From positions 137,394,001-137,458,000 of the forward strand of contig NC_086097.1 of NCBI RefSeq assembly GCF_963921235.1: 64,000 bases of DNA. Direction: 5' to 3'. The first letter of the stretch is position 1. Every line of letters starts with the position of its first letter. Both the position numbers and the translations under genes were made by a program. This stretch comes from Mobula hypostoma (Eukaryota). The notes below the pieces were generated by a model, which had not been told where the DNA came from, did no database searches, and worked only from the letters and a program-made list of their open reading frames with translations. Below are positions 25,901-38,620 of the stretch, in pieces.

Positions 25901-26391
25901 GTCAATGTTAGACACTGGCCATTGGTTATCTGTCTTATCCTTCCAACCTACTTAAATAATTGCACCATATTTGCTGTCTTCTGGCCAGTCAGTTCCGTTT
26001 TTGGGGCAAGAAAAGGTCTGAAAAGTTAGGGGCTTAGCATTATCTACCCTTGCTTCTCATATCAACCTGCATATAACTCACCAGGCCCTTGGGATTTATT
26101 TTTTGCATTGAGTCCATTTTTTTAATATCATTTTCTTCATTCCTTTGACATCTAACCTTCAACTGAGCAAAAAGAATAAAATTATTTTATTCAGTTTTAG
26201 AACTGAAAAAAATGTGAACACTTGCAGCAATTAAAAACCTATGGGCAATACAATGAATGCTGACTTAAGTGGGACTAGAGACCATAAATGATTTTTTTCT
26301 TAGAAAAGGAATTAAAAATAGTGATGCAATTGTGATGTATACTATTTTTTTCATCATTCCATACTTGATATTGTAAACATTGTGCTGATAT

Positions 26392-29300
26392 TGTCAGGCT
26401 TGCACAGGCAGACTCCTTTCATTTTCCGCCCAGCTAACAAGAGTCACTCGCTACTGGATTCCAACTCATCACCTGCAGCCTTTTCAAACCCAGCTCTCAT
26501 CCACAGTCCTTTGTTTACTCATTGAACCAGCAAACTTCAACCAGTTGCTGCTAACCAGTTACGCCACAACTTCCTGTCCCAGTGCATCTTACACTTTGAG
26601 CTCCAGCCATAACTGTATTCTACAGACTGAGCCAAGATTGCCTTCGTCATCTCTCTCCTGACTGGGCATGCTCTGACCTGGGCTCCTGCAAACTGAGATA
26701 ATAAAACCACCATTTGCAATAAAAATGAGGAATTCACTGCTGAGGTGCACCACGTTTTCGACCATCCAAGAGCAGAATTGGGGTAGCAGATGGGATACCT
26801 CACCTGTGTCAAGGCTCACACCTTGACGTCAAGGCTCACACTCAGTGGGGGATTACCATAAGACGTAGGAGCAGAATTAGGCCATTTGGCCCATCGAGCC
26901 TGCTCCGCCATTCAGTCATGGCTGATCCTTTCTTCCCTTCCTCCACCCCATTCCCTGGCCTTCTCCCTGTAGCCTTTGATGCCGTGGCCAGTCAAAAGCC
27001 TAACAAACCTCCACCTTAAGTACATCCAATGACCTGGCTCCACAGCTGCCTCGGGTAACAAATTCCACAAATTCACCAGCCTCTGGCGAAAGAAATTCCT
27101 CTTCCTCTCTGTTTTAAATGGGTATCCCTCTATCTTGAAGCTGTGCCCTCTTGTCCTAGACTTTCCCACCATGGGAAACATCCTTTCCACATCTACTCTG
27201 TCTAGGCCTTTCAATGTTCCAAAGGCTTCAATGAGATCCCCCTCTCATCTTGGACCATAGGACCATAAGAGATAGGAGCAGAATTAGGTTATTCAGCCCA
27301 TCGAGTCTGCTCCGCCATTCCATCATGGTTGATCCTAGATCCTACTCAACCCATACGCCTGCCCTCTCACCTTATCGTTTGATGCCCTGACCGATCAGGA
27401 AACTGTAACTTCTGCCTTAATTATAACCGCAGACTTAGCCTGCACTGCAGTCTGTGGCAGAGAATTCCACAGATTCACCACTCCTGGCAAAAAAAATACC
27501 TTGCCTCCATCCTAAAAGCTCACCCCTCAATTTTGAGGCTGTGCCCTTTAGTTCTAGATACCTCCACCATAGGAAACATCCTCTCCATGTCCATCCTATC
27601 TAGTCGTTTCAACATTCGGTAGGTTTAAATGAGATCCCCACGCATTCTTCTAAATTCCAGTGAGCACAGATCCAAAGCTTCCAAATGCCCCTCAAATGTT
27701 AATCACTTCATTCCTGGAATATTCCCTGTGAAACTCCTCAGGACTCTCCCCAATGACAACACATCCTTTCTGAGATATGGGGCCTGAAATTGTTGACAAT
27801 ACTCCAAGTGTCTTATAAAGCCTCAGCATTATCTCCTTGCTTTGCTATTCCATTCCCTTTGAAATAAATGCCAACGTTGCATTTGCCTTCTTTACCAGAC
27901 TCAACCTGTAAGTTAACCCGGGAGTCTTGCAAGAAGACTGCTAAGTCCCCCTATACCTCTGATGTTTGAACCTTCTCCCTATTTAAATAATAGTCCACAC
28001 TATTGTTCCTTTTACCAAACTGCATTATTATACATTTCCCAACATCGTATTCCATCTGCCACTTTTTTGCCCATTCCTCCAATTTGTCTACGTCCTGCTG
28101 CAATTGCATTGCTTCCTCAGCACTACGTACCTCTCTACCTATCTTCATATTATCCACAAACTTTGCCACAAAGCCTTCAATTCCAATTTCCAAATCATTT
28201 AACAACATGAAAAATAATGCCCCCAATACCAGCCCCTGAGGAACACCACTAGTCACTGGCAGCCAACCAGAAAAGGCCTCATTTATTCCCATTTGCTGCC
28301 TCCTACCTGTCAGCTATTCCTCTATCCATGCCAGTATCTTTCATTCCTGGAATCATCCTTGTGAATTTCCTCTGAACCGTCTCCAATACCAGCACATCTT
28401 TTTTTTAGATAAGGAGCCCAAAACTGTTCACAATATTCAAGGCACCAGTGTGGCCTCACCTTATAAATCCTCAGCATCACGTTCTTGCTCTTATATTTTA
28501 GAACTCTTGAAATGAATGCTAACATTTCATTTACCTTCCTCACCACCAAATCAACCTGCAAGTTAATCTTCAGGGTGTTCTGCACAAGGACTCCCAAGTC
28601 CCTTTGCATCTCAGACTTTGGGATTTTCTCCCCATTCAGCAAATGGTCTGCACATTCATTTCTACTACCAAAGTGGATGACCATGAATTTTCCAACATTG
28701 TATTTCATTTGCCACTTTCTTGCCCATTCTCCTATTCTGTCTTAGTCCTTCTGCAGCCTTCCTGTTCCCTCAACACTCTGCCCCTCCACTAATCTCCATA
28801 TCATCTGTAAACTTGGCAACAGAGCCATCTATTCCATTATCTATATCATTGATATACAGCATAAGAAGAAACGGTCCCAACACCGACTGCTGTGGAACAC
28901 CACTAGTCACTGGCAGCCAACCAGAAAAGGATCATTTTATTCCCACCTCGCTACCTCTTGGTATGCAGCCTCATGTGACACTTTTTCAAAGGCCTTCTGA
29001 AAATACATATATACAACATCCACTGCATCCCCTTTATCCTACTTGCAGTTTCCTCAAAGAATTCCAACAGGTTCATTAGGCAAGATTTTCCCTTAAGGAA
29101 ACCATGCTGATATTCCACCACGGAATTGAGGACCCTCACACTCACTGCTGGATTACACTGTGGAATTTGGAACCTTCGTGGTGGAGTGCAGCTGGAAAGC
29201 AGAAGCGCTGCTGGTTTATTACCATCACAACCTCTCAGAGCACTTGAAAGACAAGCTGTCTACCCTCGAGATGCCGGCCGACCTCAAAAGCTTTCTCTTT

Positions 29301-31951
29301 CTGGCCCTCTGAATTGACAAGTCTTATGGAACAACCCTCCAGATCATTATCTAGACCACCAGTTCCATTCCCAGAACCATTTCAGGCTGCAGGACCCTTA
29401 TCATCAACACCTCCGGAACCCATGCACTTAGGGAGAGCTCCCTTAACTCCCCAAGAGCATGAGCTCCAATCATCCACACATCAAGGGCCCACTGTTTCAT
29501 GGAAAATGGCACCACCAGGTAGAGATGACGAGCCTTCTATCTGGTAGGCTCCCCCAGCCCTCTTGTTATAGCACGATGCTCCCCCTCCCCCTCCCGCCCA
29601 TCCGTCCTCCACACCACAACAGCTCTACACATACAGGAGGCTCTGGTGGATTCCATTGTAGCAGGTAACTTTCTAGACTCTGCGCACCTTGGACTCCCTA
29701 CTGAGCCAATTCTCTCTTCTGCATCTAAGCCATTGATGGACATCCCTGGGGTTTGGAATGGTCAGGGTGTGCACTCAGCCGTGCTTCCGAGGAGCTTAAG
29801 AGACACTTCACCGCAGCTCTCATTATCTGCTGTCTGAATCCCTTTGGCTTTTTGTGGCAGATGTGGATGAATCTGTAGTGAGTGCTAGTGGCCATCCTTT
29901 ACCAGTGAGGACCAGATGGGCAGACACACCCTTGTGCCTTTATGTGCAAGTTCAACTTTACATGTGTGCTGTTGTGGAGTAGGAGAATGGAAACTACTCT
30001 CCATTAAATAGGCATTGGAGGAAATGAGACATTGACTCATAGGTAACATCGAGCCCTTCCTGATCTGGACTGACCACCAGAACCTCATATTCATACAACA
30101 GACCCACCAACTCAACCCATATCAGGCTCGCTGGGCCCTCTTCAAGTAATTCAACCTCACCTTCTCCTATCATCCTAGTTCCAGGAACAAGACTCCCTAT
30201 CAGAACAGTTCAATCTAGCTGAAATGGAGATCAACCCTCTGCCATCATTCCATCCTCGCAGATCTTCATCCCAATCATCTAGGATCTTGAGAACCAGATC
30301 TGCCAGGCCCTAGAGCATGAACCTGCTGTGGTCAACACACTTGACAGCTGCATGTACGTGCTGAAGACTATGTGTTCTGAGGCACTCCAGTGGGCCAACT
30401 CCTCACCAGCCATCTGGGTTCATGACGAATTCTGGCCCATCATGATTGCAGATGTAGGCCAGCTTATCTCAGCCTGACATCAATGTACCCAGTCTAGTTC
30501 CTCCAACCAGCAACCCTCTGGGCTCCTATGGTCCCTACCAATCCCCTGACACCCATGGTCCCACATCGCTATCGATTTCAACCCAGGTTTGCCACCTTTC
30601 GATGTGGCCACAGTAATCATGAGTGGTGGACTGGTTCTCCAAGGCGGCCCACATCATCGCTCTCTCCAAAGTTCTGTCAGCCACTGAGGCAGCAAACCTA
30701 GTTCTTCAACATGTAGTTCGCCTCCACGGTTTCCCTCAGGACATTGTGTCGCACCAGGGCCCACAATTTGTCTCCCATTTCCAGCAAGCCTTCTGCTCCC
30801 TCCTTCGCACCTCAGTTGAGTTTGTCTTCTGCTGATCATCTGCAGACAAATGGTTAGTCAGAAAGAGCCAATCATCAAGTGGAGAAATTTCTGCAATGCT
30901 TCATCGCCCCTAACCCTTTCATATGGAAGAATTATCTGCTCTGAGCTGAACTGTCATACAGTCTACACACCTCTTCTGCCATAGGTATCTCAGCCTTTGA
31001 AGTGCTTCATTGCTACCAACACCCATTGTTCCCCATGGAGGAGCCATAGGTGGAGGTCCTGTCCACCAGGGCCCTGGTTTGCTGATGTCAGAATGCTTGG
31101 AAGAGGGCATGGAGGGCCATCCCAGTTGCCAACCAAGCCAACTGCCACCATTCTAATTGCTGTCAGCACTCAACCAGACTACTCCGGCCTGGGGACCATG
31201 TCTGACTGTCCATCCAAGATTTGTCCCTTCACACTGACTCCCACAAGCACTCAATCTGGTTCATTGGTTCCTCTAAGATTACCTATTGTATCAACCCAGT
31301 CTCTTACCATCTCCAGCTGCCACTATCCCTCAGGATGACATGTACCTTCCATGTGTCCTGCCTCAAGCCTATTGTCCATGGACCTCTCAACCCACCTGAG
31401 CCACCACCTCTAGAGCCAAGGATGGTGGAAGGTGATCCAGTATACACAGTTTTTTAGTTGATGAATTCGTGCAGTTGTGGCCAGGGAGTGTAGTATCTGG
31501 TCGACTGGGAAGGGTACGGTCCAGAGGAGAGGTCTGGTGCTCTTTATTTTGGATCCATCACTCATTCAGGAGTTCCACCAGACCCATCCAGATCATCTTA
31601 GGTTGTCAGGTGCCAGCTGCAGGAGGGAGAGTCCTGTCAGGCTTGCACAGGCAGACACCTTCCAGTCTCCACCCAGCTAACAGGAGTCACCTGCCACTCA
31701 TTTCCAATGCATCACCTCAGCCTATTTAAACCCAGCTCTCATCCACTGTCCTTTGTTCACTCAGTGATTCAGCCAACCTCAACCAGTTGCTACTAGCCTT
31801 TAGTTACCTCATTGCCTTGTCATGTTAAGAATCTGTTCTTGTGGCTCCCCAGAGCTTGTTATTTTGTAGTTTATTAGTGAAGTATTATTTACTGTTTAAA
31901 TCATCTATACTACTCTGCTTTTGGGTCAAGCATCCTCTACATTTCTTCATA
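26392..31951 (+). mobile_element. Degenerate chromodomain-containing Ty3/Gypsy LTR retrotransposon (Sushi-like)
   Basis: 5' LTR remnant 26392-~26552 matches 3' LTR 31635-31951 (both start TGTCAGGCTTGCACAGGCAGAC). PPT aggagggaga at 31621; 5-bp TSD GATAT at 26387 and 31952. Integrase VDWFSKAAH..RLHGFPQDIVSHQGPQF, RNase H WTDHQNL, chromodomain YLVDWEGYGPEER. Confidence 0.9.
26856..29113 (-). mobile_element. Cluster of nested CR1 LINE fragments inside the Gypsy gag region
   Basis: At least three pieces with CR1 RT motifs (HGFLKGKSCLMNLLEFFE, SGVPQG, LEYCEQFWAP) and accata-type tails at ~26856 and ~27254. Confidence 0.88.
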
Positions 31952-32789
31952 GATATGTCTATATGTCTATCTTGGGAAAACTCCAAGACTACAATCTGTT
32001 TGCCATTTTCATGGTAGTACGTGATGTATTTTGAAATACAGTACACCACCTGTATATACTTTTCCATGCAAATAAATACTAAAATTAAGAAGCTTCAATT
32101 CATTCTATTACATTATGAATTTATTTTTAATGCATCCACTGCCTTTGCATATTATCTTGTCTGCCTTAATGCTCTTCATAGAGTGAGGCAATTTTTTTGT
32201 ACACTAAATATTTGTATCTTTTTTAAAAATTCTTTTGAGCCACTTAAACTCATTGAGTTAGAAAACTGTCCTTTTGTTTTTGTGTAAAGCATAAATTTCA
32301 GTGGCAACTTGGTCATGTTCTCCACTGTTTAATTCCTGGAAGTCAATAGAGCTGGTCTGTTTATTAGTTTCCTGCCCTACTTTAGAATGTCTCAGTTGGA
32401 TGTTTTTTATCCTCGTGACATTCAAAGATCTTTACAGAATCAGGTTTAATATTTCTTTGATGTTTCAAAATGGCACTGAGGACATTGATTTCAGTCTTCC
32501 TCAATGCTTTAATCGACAGGATCAGTGAGAAATGGTGTTGATGAAGGGCTCGTGCCCCAGGCTTCATGGCCTCCAGGATGCGTGCTTAGCTTGAAACTTC
32601 ACCGGACTCCCTCGGAGACAGCAAAGCGCCAGATTGCTCAATCAGCCCAAAAGCACACCAGCAAGATATAGATCACAAGCTCATAACAGTAGCAGAACCA
32701 CATTTTAAAGAAAAAGATGAAGTAAACGAAGTGAAAGAAGTAGTTTCATGAACTGTCTGAAGGATGTTGCCCCTGATTGTATTGTTCGC

Positions 32790-33035
32790 TGGTGTCATTT
32801 TCTTCCAAAAGATTCCGGATTCTCACATCAGTCTCTTTCATTCTCCTCCCCCCCCCCGCCCCTTTCCCTTCTCACCTGGACACACCTATTTCCCACCAGC
32901 TGCTGCTCCCCCCTTCTTCCTGCTTAGTTCTCAATCCTGATGAAGGGTCGTGGCCCAAAATATTGACTGTTGATTTCCCTTCAAAGAAGCTGCCTGATCT
33001 GCTGAATTCCTCCAGAATTTTGTGTGTGTTGCAGG
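32790..33035 (+). mobile_element. Penelope-like terminal repeat with degenerate hammerhead motif
   Basis: caatcCTGATGAagggtcgtggcccaaaatattgactg..ctgctgaattcctccagaattttgtgtgtgttgc. Confidence 0.75.
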
Positions 33036-33439
33036 AGTCTTGAATTATTTTTGCACATTGAACATCCGAAAGGAGTTTCAGATTGATACTTCTCAACTGC
33101 GTCAATGTGCTCACTGATGCTACGCATTTAGATATATAGTCAGAATTTAACAGTGTCTTTCTGGGATGTAATACTGCAGAACTGAACCAAGTGGATTAAT
33201 AAAGAGCATTCTTAACTGGTGCTTTATTACTGAAGAGTGCCTTCATTGGTAGTGTGATGATGCAATCTATTTACTAAGCAAATACGATTGCTTCTTGTGT
33301 ATCAAGGATGAGATTGCTATCTAGTTGAAATGATACTTTAGATTAGTGGTACTCGACCATTTTCTACTCATGGCCCACCTGTGACTTTTACTTGTGTGGG
33401 CCCCACCCTCCATCGTCTACATTAATTGCAGGTTTTTAA

Positions 33440-33740
33440 AAATTTATTTATTTATTTATTGAGATACAGCGTGGAGTAAGTAAGCCCTTTCCGCCCTTAG
33501 AGCTGCGTCATCCAGCAGTTCCTCTGGTTTAATCCTAGCCTAATCATGGGACAATTTACAATGGTCACTTAACATATCAACTGTTATGTTTTTGGACTAT
33601 AGGAGGAAACCAGAGCACTCAGAGGAGACCCACAATCACTGGGAGAATGTACAAATTCCTTACAGGCAGCGGGGGAAATTGAACCCAGATCGCCCGTACA
33701 GTAAAGCGCTGTGCTAACCACTACATTACCATGTTGCCTG
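33440..33740 (-). mobile_element. tRNA-derived V-SINE (HE1-like)
   Basis: Minus strand shows an A box (tagtggttagc), B box (gggttcaattt), V-domain and (AAAT)n tail. Confidence 0.8.
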
Positions 33741-33789
33741 TTTTTTTTGGTCAACTGTACTAATTATTCTAATATACAGTCAATAATTA

Positions 33790-36700
33790 TGTTTTTGGAT
33801 CACTTTTGGCGCAGGTGTGACCTGTACAAAAAGGACGGGTTACACTTGAATCCTAGGGGGACCAATATCCTGGCGGGGAGATTTGCGAGGGCTACTGAGG
33901 TGACTTTAAACTAGAGTGGTTGGGGGGTGGGAATCAAATTCAAGAGACTAGGAGGTAAGAGGTTAGTTCACAACAGGGGGATGGGAACCAGTGCAGAGAG
34001 ACAGAGGGGTGTAAAATGAGGGTAGAAGCAAAAAGTAGTAAGGTGAAAAGTAAAAATGGCAGGCCGGCAAATCCAGGGCACAAATCAAAAAGGGCCACTT
34101 TTCAACATAATTGTATAAGGGTTAACGGTGTTGTAAAAACGAGCCTGAAGGCTTTGTGTGTCAATGCAAGGAGCATTCGTAACAAGGTGGATGAATTAAA
34201 AGTGCAGATTATTATTAATGAATATGATATAGTTGGGATCACAGAGACATGGCTCCAGGGTGACCAAGGCTGGGAGCTTAACATTCAAGGATATTCAATA
34301 TTCAGGAGGGATAGACATGAAAGAAAAGGAGGTGGGGTAGCATTGCTGGTTAGAGAGGAGATTAACACAATAGAAAGGAAGGACGTTAGCCGGGAGGATG
34401 TGGAATCGATATGGGTAGAGCTGCATAACACTAAGGGGCAGAAAACGCTGGTGGGAGTTGTGTACAGACCACCTAACAATAGTAGTGAGGTTGGGGATGG
34501 TATTAAACAGGAAATTAGAAATGTGTTCAATAAAGGAACAGCAGTTATAATGGGTGACTTCAATCTACATATAGATTGGTTGAACCAAATTGGTAAGGGT
34601 GCTGAGGAAGAAGATTTCTTGGAATGTATATGGGATGGTTTTTTGAACCACCATGTCGAGGACTGGGTATTGAGCAATGAGGAAGGGTTAATTAGCAATC
34701 TTGTCGTGAGAGGCCCCTTGGGTAAGAGTGACGATAATATGGTGGAATTCTTCATTAAGATGGAGAGTGACATAGTTAATTCAGAAACAAATGTTCTGAA
34801 CTTAAAGAAGGGTAACTTTGAAGGTATGAGACGTGAATTAGCTAAGATAGACTAGCAAATGACACTTAAAGGGTTGACGGTGGATATACAATGGCAAGCA
34901 TTTAAAGATCACATGGATGAACTACAACAATTGTTCATCCCAGTTTGGCAAAAGAATACATCAAGGAAGGTAGTGTACCCATGGCTGCAAGGGAATTAGG
35001 GGTAGTATCAATTCCAAAGAAGAAGCATACAAATTAGCCAGAAAAAGTGGCTCACCTGAGGACTGGGAGAAATTCAGAGTCCAGCAGAGGAGGACAAAGG
35101 GCTTAATTAGGAAGGGGAAAAAGCATTATGAGAGAAAACTGGCAGGGAACATAAAAACTGACTGTAAAAGCTTTTACAGATATGTGAAAAGAAGAAGATT
35201 GGTTAAGACAAATGTAGGTCCCCTACAGACAGAAACAGGTGAATTGATTATGGGGAGCAAGGACATGGCTGACCAATTGAATAACTACTTTGGTTCTGTC
35301 TTCACTAAGGAGGACATAAATAATCTTCCAGAAATAGTAGGGGACAGAGGGTCCAGTGAGATGGAGGAACTGAGGGAAATACATATTAGTAGGGAAGTGG
35401 TGTTAGGTAAATTGAAGGGATTAAAGGCAGATAAATCCCCAGGGCCAGATGGTCTGCATCCCAGAGTGCTTAAGGAAGTAGCCCAAGAAATAGTGGATGC
35501 ATTAGTGATAATTTTTCAAAATTCTTTAGATTCTGGACTAGTTCCTGAGGATTGGAGGGTGGCTAATGTAACCCCACTTTTTAAAAAAGGAGGGAGAGAG
35601 AAACAGGGGAATTATAGACCGATTAGCCTAACATCGGTGGTGGGAAAGATGCTAGAGTCAGTTATCAAAGATGTGATAACAGCACATTTGGAAAGCGGTG
35701 AAATCATCGGACAAAGTCAGCATTGATTTGTGAAAGGAAAATCATGTCTGGAGAATCTCATAGAATTTTTTGAGGATGTAACTAGTAGAGTGGATAGGGG
35801 AGAACCAGTGGATGTGGTATATTTGGATTTTCAAAAGGCTTTTGACAAGGTCCCACACAGGAGATTAGTGTGCAAACTTAAAGCACACAGTATTGGGAGT
35901 AAGGTATTGATGTAGATAGAGAATTGGTTGGCAGACAGGAAGCAAAGAGTGGGAATAAACGGAACCTTTTCAGAATGGCAGGCAGTGACTAGTGGGGTAC
36001 CGCAAGGCTCAGTGCTGGGACCCCAGTTGTTTACGATATATATTAATGACTTAGATGAGGGAATTAAATGCGGCATCTCCAAGTTTGCGGATGACACAAA
36101 GCTGGGCGGCAGTGTTAGCTGTGAGGAGGATGCAGGGTGACTTGGATAGGTTAGGTGAGTGGGCATATTCATGGCAGATGCAATTTAATGTGGATAAATG
36201 TGAGGTTATCCACTTTGGTGGCAAAAACAGGAAAACAGATTATTATCTGAATGGTGGCCAATTAGGAAAAGGGGAGGTGCAACGAGACCTGGGTGTCATT
36301 ATACACCAGCCATTGAAAGTGGGCATGCAGGTACAGCAGGCAGTGAAAAAGGCGAATGGTATGCTGGCATTCATAGCAAGAGGATTCGAGTACAGGAGCA
36401 GGGAGGTACTACTGCAGTTGTACAAGGCCTTGGTGAGACCACACCTGGAGTATTGTGTGCAGTTTTGGTCCCCTAATCTGAGGAAAGACATCCTTGCCAT
36501 AGAGGGAGTACAAAGAAGGTTCACCAGATTGATTCCTGGGATGGCAGGACTTTCATATGATGAAAGACTGGATGAACTAGGCTTATACTCACTGGAATTT
36601 AGAAGATTGAGGGGGGATCTGATTGAAACATATAAAATCCTAAAGGGATTGGACAGGCTAGATGCAGGAAGATTGTTCCCGATGTTGGGGAAGTCCAGAA

Positions 36701-37015
36701 CGAGGGGTCACAGTTTGAGGATAAAGGGGAAGCCTTCTAGGACTGAGATGAGGAAAAACTTCTTCACACAGGGAGTGGTGAATCTGTGGAATTCTCTGCC
36801 ACAGGAAACAGTTGAGGCCGGTTCATTGGCTATATCTAAGAGGGAGTTAGATTATGGTCCTTGTGGCTGAAGGGATCAGGGGGTATGGAGAGAAGGCTGG
36901 TACAGGGTTCTGAGTTGGATGATCAGCCATGATCATACTGAATGGCGGTGCAGGCTCGAAGGGCAGAATGGCCTACTCCTGCACCTATTTTCTTTGTTTT
37001 CTATGTTTCTATGTT
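33790..37015 (+). mobile_element. Young CR1 LINE: end of ORF1 (SGNH esterase-like) and near-complete but disrupted ORF2 (APE plus RT)
   Basis: DGLHLN (ORF1); NARSIRNK..GITETWL..YRPP..MGDFN (APE); [35 protein letters not shown] (RT). A few stops and frameshifts; (tttctatg)n tail. Confidence 0.95.
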
Positions 37016-37053
37016 TTACAGATTATAGGTATTGTATGTTAAAAATGAAAACT

Positions 37054-37356
37054 TATATAGGCATCCGTTAGTCGCGTGAGACCGTGGATTTGCGCCTTGG
37101 AAGGTTTCCAGGGCAAGCCTGGGCAAGGTTGTATGGAAGACCGGCGGTTGCCCATGTTGCAAGTTTCCCCCCTCCACGCCATCGATGTTGTCCAAGGGAA
37201 GGGCATTAGGACCCATTCAGCTTGGCACTGGTGTCGTCGCAGAGCAATGTGTGGTTGAGTGCCTTGCTCAAGGAGACAACACGCTGCCTCAGCCAAGGCT
37301 TGAACTAGCGACCTTCAGAACACTAAACGAACGCCTTAACCATTTGGCCACGCGCC
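37054..37356 (-). mobile_element. Full-length tRNA-derived CORE-type SINE with 14-bp TSD
   Basis: TSD taaaaatgaaaact at 37040-37053 and 37357-37370; A box tggccaaatgg, B box agttcaagcc, CORE-like ccttgagcaaggcactcaacc. Confidence 0.85.
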
Positions 37357-37676
37357 TAAAAATGAAAACTAAAACTATTTCAAAGCTCTGAATAGGATAC
37401 TCTATTTATAATAATATTCTTCTAACCAGCAACAAAAAAAGCACAAAATATTGTTTATTTGGTTAATTCGTGAGATCTTTGTGTCTGATGGCATAATAGT
37501 GAGTTTTTTGAATATCTGTTTGCAACTTGGTTAAAGATAATTGAGGATCACCTTTTTTTACAACCTTAAGACGGTTATGAGCTCTTGATAGCAGGTGAAG
37601 AACTTGGCTGAAACCACATTTAATTAGATAATAGGTGGGAATTCCAATTAAAAACAACTTTGCTTTCTCCCAGAGT

Positions 37677-38075
37677 TACATAGAAACATACAAAACCTAC
37701 AGCACAATACAGGCCCTTCAGCCCACAAAGTTGTGCCGAAAATGTCCCTACCTTAGAAACTACTAGGGTTACCCAGAGCCCTCTATTTCTCTAAGCTCCA
37801 TGTACCTATCCAAAGTCTCTTAAAAAACCCTATCATATCCGCCTCCACCACCGTTGCCGACAGCCCATTCCACGCACTCACCAGTCTCTGCGTAAAAAAA
37901 AAAACACTTACCCCTGACATCTCCTCTGTACCTACTCCCAAGCACCTTAAACCTGTGCCCTCTTATGGCAGCCATTTCAGCCCTGGGAAAGAGCCTCTGA
38001 CTATTCACACGATCAATGCCTCTCATCATCTTATACACCTCTATCAGGTCACCTCTCATCTTCCGTCACTCCAAG
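37677..38075 (-). mobile_element. CR1 LINE 3' fragment
   Basis: MRGDLIEVYKMMRGIDRV..RGHRFKV; catagaaa-type tail. Confidence 0.88.
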
Positions 38076-38620
38076 TTGTGGAAACTTATTTTGGATATCA
38101 CTAGTTATTTAGAAATATTGCTTGCTGCGTTTGAATTTTGCTTAATCTGTTATATTCACTCTGCAGCTCAATAGAACATTCTTGCAATGTGGTGTCAACA
38201 TCATTCACATTCACCTAGGATAGATCCGAAATATGTATCTCCAGCTGGTCTCTGAACCAAAATTCCATATCATTGTGCACTTATATTAAGAATGGCTAAT
38301 GAAAGAAATTGCTAGACTCGTGGCATCCAATAATGCTGCTGAGAAGTTTTTTTTTCCCTAAGTGGTGGTAGCCTCTTTGCATAATCTGAGATTGTAGTTT
38401 TTTTCCCTTGTAACTGTTTGTTTAATAAATTCAGTTTTTCAAATATAATCAATATGTTCAATAAAGACGTGAAAAGTACAGTTGTTTGTGTATTATAGTT
38501 TAAGCAAATGGTGTTTGTGTATTATTATGACTTAGATGACAATCAGACCATATTTTATGAGTAATTAATGCAAAAAAAAACAGGTAACTGCAAAGAGTTC
38601 ACAAACTTTTTCTTGCAATT

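Noticed and set aside
34285..36524. Long antisense ORFs over the CR1
   Set aside because: Shadow frames of LINE ORF2.
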